This document shows, piece by piece, positions 8,839 through 15,330 of a stretch of 19,776 nucleotides of DNA. The position numbers were made by a program, and so were the translations under genes. Below the pieces are notes generated by a model, which worked only from the letters and a program-made list of their open reading frames with translations, did no database searches and was not told where the DNA came from. Within the stretch, counting starts at the first letter, position 1; every line of letters starts with the position of its first letter. The DNA comes from Candidatus Eiseniibacteriota bacterium (GTDB taxonomy: Bacteria; Eisenbacteria; RBG-16-71-46; JABDJR01; JAWXBZ01), in assembly GCA_034440375.1 (NCBI GenBank), contig JAWXBZ010000158.1, positions 1 to 19,776 on the forward strand, in the 5' to 3' direction.

Positions 8839-11800
8839 TCAACTCCACGCCGTCAGTTTTTCCACGCTGACCGTCACTGCGCCGTACTGGTCCTCGGCCT
8901 TTCCCTCGATGACGTAGGGGCCGATGCCGCGCAGCAGCGCGCCATAGCGGCGCCACACGGACGGAAAGAGGGTGCACTCGAAGAGGCCGTCCTCGTCCTC
9001 GAGCGTCAGGAAGAACATCCACTCGCCCCGCTTCGTCCGGACGCGCCGTTCGGCGGCCACGATGCCGGCCATCCGGACGCGCCGGCCGCGCCGTGCGGGC
9101 AGGTCGTTGCTTTTCAGAAATGGCCGGGTGTCGAACAGCGTCATGGCGTTCCGGTCGGTGATCAGTTCGAGGACCTGGAACTCGTGGCGGATCCGCTCCG
9201 CGTCATCGAAATCGGAAAGGATCGGCATCGGGATATCGATCGGCAGCGTGCCGAACAATCCCCCGTCCGTTCCGGTGGCCAGGCCGACGGCCTGCGCCGA
9301 CAGCACGCGCGCTGCCCGGAGGTGCGCCCCCCAGGTCAACCGCAATTCGCACAGCAACTGCGGCCGGATCCGCCCGGTGACATCCAGCCCACCGGCCAGG
9401 ATCAGGTGCTCGGCCTCCTTGAAAATCGGTCGGACGCGCCGCACCCAGTCGGCCAGATCGGCAAAGGGGCGCCCCGCCAGCGTTCGCTCGATGGTGGCCT
9501 CGGTGAGTTGACGCACGCGACCGAGGCCGATGCGAATCGATGAGCTTCCGTTGTCGGCCATCTCCAATTTGTATTCCCGTTCGCTCCGATTCAGGCACGG
9601 CGGCAGGATCGGCACGCCGTGTCGCCGCGCGTCCTCGAGATGTACCCGTTGCTCGTACATCGCGGTATGGTTATTCAAGATCGCCACCGCGAACGCCGCG
9701 GGGTAGTGCGCCTTGAGCCACGACCCCTGGTAGGCCAGGACGCCGTAGCCGGAGGCGTGTGCCTTGCAGAAGGCGTAGGCGCCGAAGCGTCGCAGCTCTT
9801 TCCAGACCGCCTCGGCCACGGCCGGCCGCGTACCGTTCCGGATGGCCCGGACAATCCAGGTGTGGCGCACCTCTCCCTCCTCTCCTTCGCTCTCGATTTC
9901 GGCGATGGCGCGGCGCAACAGGTCCCCCTCGGCCAGGCCAAGGCCGGCCAGCGCGGCGCCGACGGCCATGACATCCTCCTCGTACAGGAGAACGCCGTGC
10001 GTCGATTCGAGCAGGGGTTTGAGGCGCGGATCGGGATACTCAGGCTGTTCCAGTCCGCGCGCCCGGCGGATGAACCGGTCCTTCATGCCGGAGCCGGCCG
10101 GCCCGGGGCGGATCAGCGAGAGCGCGGCGATGGCGCCGTCGAGATCACGCGTTTCCAGTTGGCGGAGCAAGTTTCGCATCCCCGGAGATTCGAGCTGGAA
10201 GACGCCGAGCGTGTCGCCTCGGGCCATGAGTTCACCGGCTTTGCCATCGCCGTCGGGGATATCGGCCGGCACGATTGTCGGCCCGCCCGATTCCTCGATC
10301 AGCCGCACGGATTCGGAGATGACCGAGATGGCCCGGTTGCCGAGCAGATCGATCTTGACCAGGCCAACCGCCTCGACGGCATGCATCTCGAACTGCGTGA
10401 CGACAATCCCCTTGGTGGCCTCCTCGAGCGGCACGTACGAGGTGAGCGGTTTGTCGCCGATGACGATGCCGCCGCAGTGAATGCCGAGATGACGCGGCGC
10501 ACCGACCAGCCCGTTGGCGGCCGTGACAAGCCTCGCCAGCCGGGCCTCCTCCCGATCGCGTGGATCGAGGCCGCGGTCGATGGCAATGCGGGAGGCCAGG
10601 GTGGAACCGACCGCACGATCCGCCCGGACGCCCGTGTCCGGACGGTTTGGCGCCGGTGTCTCGCTGTGTGCGGCGCGTGGAATGCGCCGGGCCATCCGGT
10701 CGACCGCTTCGGGTGAGAGGCCGTGCGCGCGGCCGGCATCGCGGAAGGCGCCGCGGGCCTGGAACGTGTTGTGCGTGGCGATCATCGCCACCCGGTCGGC
10801 GCCGTAGGTGCGGTAGACATGGTTGATGACATCGTCGCGCCGCCGCCAGCAGAGATCGATATCGAGGTCGGGCAGGTCGCGCCGCTTGTCGTGAAGGAAG
10901 CGCTCGAAGTAGAGGCGGTAGCGAAGCGGGCAGACGTTGGTGATGCCGAGCAGGTAGGTGACGATCGAGCCGGCGCCCGACCCCCGTCCCACGGTGGGAA
11001 TCCCCTGCCGGTGCGCGAAGTGGCAGATGTCGGCCACGATGATGAAGTACTCCACGAAGCCGAGCCGGTCGATGACCTCCAGTTCCTCAGCCAGTCGCCG
11101 CATGGCCGGCGGGTGCAGGCCGTCGTAGCGCCGCCGCATCCCCGCAAGGCAGAGCCGGAAGAGATGCGAGTAGGCCGTCTCCCCCGGCGGCAGCGGACAC
11201 TTCGGAAAAATCGGCTTCCCGAGCGTCCACTTAAGGTCGGCGCACTCCTCGCGGATCAGGCGATTGTGAACCAGCGCGGCCGGAAAATCGCGGAAGCGCT
11301 CGAGGATTTTCCGACCGTCCGGGAGATGACTCCCCGGCGGCGCCAGCGATTCGGGCGTCACGCGCGCGACCAATTGGCGCTCGCGGATGGCCGTGACCAG
11401 GCGGTGTTGTTCCCGATCGGCGTCGTCCAGGTACATGACATCGGGCGAGGCCACCAGCAGCCGTTTCAACTCCCGGCCGAGCGCTGCGAGACGTTGCCAG
11501 TCGGCGGTCCCGCGTGGCGGATCGGCCAGGAGAATCCAGAGCCGATTCGGCGCCGTGACCGGATGGAGCGCGCGAATCAACGGTTCGTCGTCGGTGAGGA
11601 GGTGGAGGCCGTCGAGGGGATCGGTGGCAAGCGCCGTCGCCAGTCGAAACTCCGGATCCATCATCCGCCGCGTGATCAGGCGGCAGAGGTTTTCGTAGCC
11701 GGTCATCAAACGGACGAGAAGGACCGCGCGCGCGCCGGTGATCGGATCGTCGACCTCGACGCCGTGGACCGGATCGATGCCGGCCGCCGCCGCCGCCTTT

Positions 11801-11964
11801 CGGAAGGCCACCAGGCCGTAAATGTTGTTGCGATCGGTCAGCGCCAGCGCCGGATGACCAAGCGCCGCCGCCCGTTGAACAAGCGCCGCGACGCCGGCCG
11901 TGCCACGCAGCAGCGAATGCGAACTGCGCGCCACGAGCGGCACGATGCCGGGTTTGCCGGGCAT
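8839..11964 (-). CDS. dnaE2: DNA polymerase III alpha subunit, DnaE2-type (probably error-prone and non-replicative)
   Basis: PHP-like N-terminus (SSHSLLRG, ALALTDRN, GVEV), GRGSGAGS, FERFL, catalytic PDLDID and KIDLLG, GVFQLES, IRPGP, YAFCKAH and a C-terminal OB fold (FLTLEDEDG). It is 1041 aa, has no C-terminal tau-binding domain, and its PHP metal ligands are degenerate, which points to DnaE2 rather than DnaE1. Confidence 0.88.
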   Translation of the reverse strand: MPGKPGIVPLVARSSHSLLRGTAGVAALVQRAAALGHPALALTDRNNIYGLVAFRKAAAAAGIDPVHGVEVDDPITGARAVLLVRLMTGYENLCRLITRRMMDPEFRLATALATDPLDGLHLLTDDEPLIRALHPVTAPNRLWILLADPPRGTADWQRLAALGRELKRLLVASPDVMYLDDADREQHRLVTAIRERQLVARVTPESLAPPGSHLPDGRKILERFRDFPAALVHNRLIREECADLKWTLGKPIFPKCPLPPGETAYSHLFRLCLAGMRRRYDGLHPPAMRRLAEELEVIDRLGFVEYFIIVADICHFAHRQGIPTVGRGSGAGSIVTYLLGITNVCPLRYRLYFERFLHDKRRDLPDLDIDLCWRRRDDVINHVYRTYGADRVAMIATHNTFQARGAFRDAGRAHGLSPEAVDRMARRIPRAAHSETPAPNRPDTGVRADRAVGSTLASRIAIDRGLDPRDREEARLARLVTAANGLVGAPRHLGIHCGGIVIGDKPLTSYVPLEEATKGIVVTQFEMHAVEAVGLVKIDLLGNRAISVISESVRLIEESGGPTIVPADIPDGDGKAGELMARGDTLGVFQLESPGMRNLLRQLETRDLDGAIAALSLIRPGPAGSGMKDRFIRRARGLEQPEYPDPRLKPLLESTHGVLLYEEDVMAVGAALAGLGLAEGDLLRRAIAEIESEGEEGEVRHTWIVRAIRNGTRPAVAEAVWKELRRFGAYAFCKAHASGYGVLAYQGSWLKAHYPAAFAVAILNNHTAMYEQRVHLEDARRHGVPILPPCLNRSEREYKLEMADNGSSSIRIGLGRVRQLTEATIERTLAGRPFADLADWVRRVRPIFKEAEHLILAGGLDVTGRIRPQLLCELRLTWGAHLRAARVLSAQAVGLATGTDGGLFGTLPIDIPMPILSDFDDAERIRHEFQVLELITDRNAMTLFDTRPFLKSNDLPARRGRRVRMAGIVAAERRVRTKRGEWMFFLTLEDEDGLFECTLFPSVWRRYGALLRGIGPYVIEGKAEDQYGAVTVSVEKLTAWS

Positions 11965-12042
11965 GTGATGTCAGGACTTTCTCGCCCGGGACCCAAGGAT
12001 GATCCGTGCGGGCGGGTGGGGATCCGGCGGGGTCAGATGCGG

Positions 12043-12071
12043 AAAATACTAATCATATGACTGGATGTCAA
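12043..12071 (-). promoter_or_regulatory. Sigma70-type promoter for dnaE2 with a palindrome in the spacer
   Basis: Minus strand: TTGACA (12071-12066), 17 nt, TATTTT (12048-12043). The spacer contains the perfect palindrome TCATATGA (12053-12060). This is an AT-rich patch about 80 bp upstream of the ATG. Confidence 0.7.
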
Positions 12072-12092
12072 GAGGTGACTCAGACCGCCGCA

Positions 12093-12122
12093 TTGGTGCC
12101 GCGTATCAGCCCGGAGTAGAGT
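12093..12122 (+). promoter_or_regulatory. Candidate promoter for the decarboxylase-ada-dinB operon (very short leader)
   Basis: TTGGTG-N18-TAGAGT, ending 9 nt before ATG 12132; no SD at normal spacing. Confidence 0.3.
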
Positions 12123-12131
12123 TCACCCCCC

Positions 12132-13604
12132 ATGGGTGCTCACGGTTCGGATCTCGACCTGCTGGCAGAGGCGCTGTCACGACTTCAGGCGGGCTTTCGC
12201 GCATTGCCGGATGGACCGTTACCTCCGTCGAAGGAGGGCGATCAAGGAGCCTTCGAGCCAGACCTCCGCACCGCCCTCCTCGCCGCCGCCGACCGCATGC
12301 AGGACAACTTCCCCTACCACCACCCCCTGTATGTCGGGCAGATGCTCAAGCCGCCGCACCCGGTGGCCCGGCTGGCGTATGCGATGTCGCTCTGGGTGAA
12401 TCCGAACAACCATGCGCTGGATGGTGGACGGGCCAGCTCGGCCATGGAGAAGGAAGCGGTCGCCGAAATCGCCCGCATGTTCGGCTGGAGCGAGTATCTG
12501 GGGCACCTGACCGGCGGAGGGACGATGGCCAACTTCGAGGCTCTCTGGGTGGCGCGGGGGATCGGCCGCGAGAGGTCGGGGGCGCCAAGTAGTGCCGGGG
12601 AGCCGCCGGCGGGACCAACGCCTGCGGTGGCCGCCTCGGCCCAGGCGCACTACACCCACTCGCGCCTGTCGTCGGTGCTGGACATGCCGTTCGTGACGAT
12701 TGATGTCGATGCCTGCGGGCGGATGGATGTAGGGTCGCTGGAGCGCGCGCTCGTCGCGGGAATGGCGGGAGCCGGCGGCGCCCACCCGCCCATCGGCACG
12801 GTCGTGGCCACGCTCGGCACCACGGCGGCGGGCGCGGTCGACCCGCTGGCCGACATTCTCGAACTCCGAAAACATCACCCGTTTCGCCTTCATGTTGATA
12901 CGGCCTACGGTGGCTACTTCACGCTGGCCGACAATCTCGCGCCCGCGGCGCGAGCTCACTATGACCGGATCGGCGAAGCCGATTCGATCGTCATCGATCC
13001 GCACAAGCATGGCCTGCAGCCCTACGGGTGCGGCTGCGTGCTCTTTCGGGATCCGACCGTGGGGCGATTTTATCAGCACGATTCGCCCTACACCTACTTC
13101 AGCTCCGGGGACCTGCATCTCGGAGAGATTTCGCTGGAGTGCTCGCGGGCCGGCGCGGCGGCGGTGGCGCTCTGGACCACGATGCGATGTCTGCCGCCCG
13201 TGCCTGGCGGGGAATTTGCCCGGGGGCTGGAATCAGGGCGGCGCGCGGCCCTCCACCTCCATGGCGCGCTGGCGGCCGACCCCCGGTTCGCGCCGCTGGT
13301 CGAACCCGAGCTCGACATCGTTGCGTGGATCGTTCGCGCCCGCTCGGCCAGCGGGGCCTCGGAGCAGGCCCGGCGGATCTTTGATGCCGCCGCCCGTCAC
13401 GATCTTCACCTGGCGCTGGCCTCGTTTCCGCGCGGCATGACCGAGGCGGCCGGGGCAATCGTCGATTGGGATCAGGATCATGTCCTTTGCCTGCGGGCCT
13501 GCGTCATGAAGCCGGAACACGAAGCCTGGATGGGCGACATCCTGGCCCGGCTCGACCTGGCCGCCACCGAAAGTAATGTTCAAACAGCGGTGGAGCGGCC
13601 ATGA
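12132..13604 (+). CDS. Group II PLP-dependent amino-acid decarboxylase (GAD/tyrosine/aspartate decarboxylase-like), substrate unknown
   Basis: TGGGTMANFEALW, AHYTH, ATLGTTAAGAVDPL, HVDTAYGG, the PLP-lysine motif ADSIVIDPHKHG, and LECSR. Confidence 0.9.
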   Translation: MGAHGSDLDLLAEALSRLQAGFRALPDGPLPPSKEGDQGAFEPDLRTALLAAADRMQDNFPYHHPLYVGQMLKPPHPVARLAYAMSLWVNPNNHALDGGRASSAMEKEAVAEIARMFGWSEYLGHLTGGGTMANFEALWVARGIGRERSGAPSSAGEPPAGPTPAVAASAQAHYTHSRLSSVLDMPFVTIDVDACGRMDVGSLERALVAGMAGAGGAHPPIGTVVATLGTTAAGAVDPLADILELRKHHPFRLHVDTAYGGYFTLADNLAPAARAHYDRIGEADSIVIDPHKHGLQPYGCGCVLFRDPTVGRFYQHDSPYTYFSSGDLHLGEISLECSRAGAAAVALWTTMRCLPPVPGGEFARGLESGRRAALHLHGALAADPRFAPLVEPELDIVAWIVRARSASGASEQARRIFDAAARHDLHLALASFPRGMTEAAGAIVDWDQDHVLCLRACVMKPEHEAWMGDILARLDLAATESNVQTAVERP

Positions 13605-14761
13605 GCGCAAAGCGCAAAGTTCTGCCCATGACAACCACATCCCCTGTCCGCCTTGCGCGGACCAGCCTGCCGGCCCGCCCTGTCATGGAGTGCGCCGTGT
13701 ACGATCGCGACGACACATTCGACGGACTGTTCCTGGTGGCGGTGACATCGACCAACATCTTCTGTCGCCCCTCCTGCCCGGCACGAAAGCCGCTGCGGAA
13801 GAACATGGATTTTTACCCGACGCCGAAACTGGCGCTGGCGGCCGGATTCCGGCCGTGCAAGCGGTGCCGGCCGATGGCCGTGAGCGGCCGGCCGCCGAAA
13901 TGGGTCGACCGGCTCCTCGAAAAGGTGGAAGAGGCACCGGAGCAGCGTCCGCGCGATGCGGATCTACGTCAGTGGGGCATCGACCCGGTCAAGGCGCGAC
14001 GCTGGTTTCTCAAGAATCATGCGATGACGTTTCATGCCTACTCCCGTGCCCGGCGCCTCGGTCGCGCACTGCAGACGATCCGGGACGGCGGCAATCTTGA
14101 TGACACCGGCCTGGAGGCCGGGTACGAATCGACCAGCGGCTTTCGGGACGCCTTCGGTCACCTTTTCGGCCGGCCGCCGGGCAAGGCCCGCGCCGCGGAC
14201 TGCATCGTGACAACGATGATCCCGTCCCCTTTCGGGCCGCTGGTGGCCGGCGCCACATCGAACGGCGTCTGTCTCCTGGAGTTTACCGACCGGCGCATGC
14301 TGGAGGCCCAGGTCCGGACACTGCACCGCCACTTCAAGGCGCCGCTGGTGCCGGGGACGAACCGCCATCTCAATCAGTTGCGACGTGAACTGAAGGAGTA
14401 CTTCGCCGGAAAGCGAAAGCAGTTCGAGGTGGCCGTCGTGTCACCCGGCTCCGAATTTCAGACGGCCGTCTGGAACGAGCTGGTGAAAATCCCGGCCGGC
14501 ACGACGGTCAGCTATGCTGACATCGCGAAACGGGTGAAGCGGCCGGGCGCCGTCCGGGCCGTTGGAACGGCCAACGGCATGAACCGGATCGCCATCGTCA
14601 TTCCCTGCCACCGTGTCGTGAACACGAGCGGGGAGCTCGGCGGCTACGGCGGCGGGCTCTGGCGAAAGAAGGCGCTCCTCGAACTGGAGGAGGCGTTGCT
14701 CAATCGACCCACGACCAGGGAGGCAGGACGTGTCACTTCTCCATCCCCCCGAAGCGGGTGA
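13601..14761 (+). CDS. ada: Bifunctional Ada: Zn-binding methylphosphotriester repair/regulator domain, AraC-type HTH and O6-methylguanine-DNA methyltransferase
   Basis: Four Zn cysteines in FCRPSC and GFRPCKRC, the HTH end AGYESTSGFRDAF, RAVGTANGMN and active-site IPCHRVV. It overlaps the upstream gene by ATGA and has a GGAG SD; ATG 13628 is an alternative start. Confidence 0.95.
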   Translation: MSAKRKVLPMTTTSPVRLARTSLPARPVMECAVYDRDDTFDGLFLVAVTSTNIFCRPSCPARKPLRKNMDFYPTPKLALAAGFRPCKRCRPMAVSGRPPKWVDRLLEKVEEAPEQRPRDADLRQWGIDPVKARRWFLKNHAMTFHAYSRARRLGRALQTIRDGGNLDDTGLEAGYESTSGFRDAFGHLFGRPPGKARAADCIVTTMIPSPFGPLVAGATSNGVCLLEFTDRRMLEAQVRTLHRHFKAPLVPGTNRHLNQLRRELKEYFAGKRKQFEVAVVSPGSEFQTAVWNELVKIPAGTTVSYADIAKRVKRPGAVRAVGTANGMNRIAIVIPCHRVVNTSGELGGYGGGLWRKKALLELEEALLNRPTTREAGRVTSPSPRSG

Positions 14762-15260
14762 GTTCGGCCAATTTTATTCCGGTTACGTCGAGAAGGTCGG
14801 TTCGGATCCGATCGGGCTCCTGGATCGGCAGTCGGTCCGCTTTCGAACACTTGCCGGGACGCTGACCGAGGAACAGTCCGCGCATCGCTACGCGCCCGAC
14901 AAGTGGAGCGTGAAGCAGGTCATCGGCCACCTGATCGATTCCGAGCGGATCATGAGCTACCGGGCGCTGCGCATCGCCCGCGGGGACGCGACGCCACTGG
15001 CCGGTTTCGACGAGAATGCCTATGTGGCGGCCGCCGGGTCCGATCGGCGCCCGATCGCAGATCTGCTCGGGGAAATGACGGCCATTCGGGCGGCCAGCAT
15101 CGCCCTGTTCCGCTCGCTGGACACGGAGGCGTTCGAGCGCGTCGGGATGGCCAATGACGTGCCGGTCAGCACCCGGGCCATGGTCTTCATTATGGCCGGG
15201 CACACCGAACACCACCTGGGGGTTTTGGCCGAGCGGTATAGAATAGCGATTCCCGATTAA
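14730..15260 (+). CDS. DinB/YfiT-superfamily four-helix metalloprotein (not DNA polymerase IV)
   Basis: YAPDKWSVKQVIGHLIDSER...LAGFDENAY...AGHTEHH, giving a His metal triad. The GTG start follows GGAGG/AGGA and overlaps the ada 3' end by 32 nt. Confidence 0.9.
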   Translation: MSLLHPPEAGEFGQFYSGYVEKVGSDPIGLLDRQSVRFRTLAGTLTEEQSAHRYAPDKWSVKQVIGHLIDSERIMSYRALRIARGDATPLAGFDENAYVAAAGSDRRPIADLLGEMTAIRAASIALFRSLDTEAFERVGMANDVPVSTRAMVFIMAGHTEHHLGVLAERYRIAIPD

Positions 15261-15312
15261 GGCACCATATGCTCGGCGGGGCGGCGGTGCTGCTTCTGGC
15301 CCGCGTCCGGCC

Positions 15313-15321
15313 TGCTACAAT
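15313..15321 (+). promoter_or_regulatory. Extended -10 promoter (TGnTACAAT), probably giving a near-leaderless mRNA
   Basis: TGCTACAAT ends 9 nt before ATG 15331, with no SD between them. Confidence 0.5.
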
Positions 15322-15330
15322 CGTCGGCGC

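Noticed and set aside
9619..12060. Plus-strand ORFs of 365 and 445 aa
   Set aside because: Antisense shadows of dnaE2 with no motifs; neither resembles ImuA or ImuB.
14730..15260. Reading the DinB-family gene as DNA polymerase IV, a partner for DnaE2
   Set aside because: At 176 aa with a His triad it belongs to the DinB/YfiT helical superfamily; it has no Y-family polymerase motifs.
15266..15271. CATATG after dinB as a second copy of the dnaE2 palindrome
   Set aside because: Only the 6-bp core matches and the flanks differ, which is consistent with chance.
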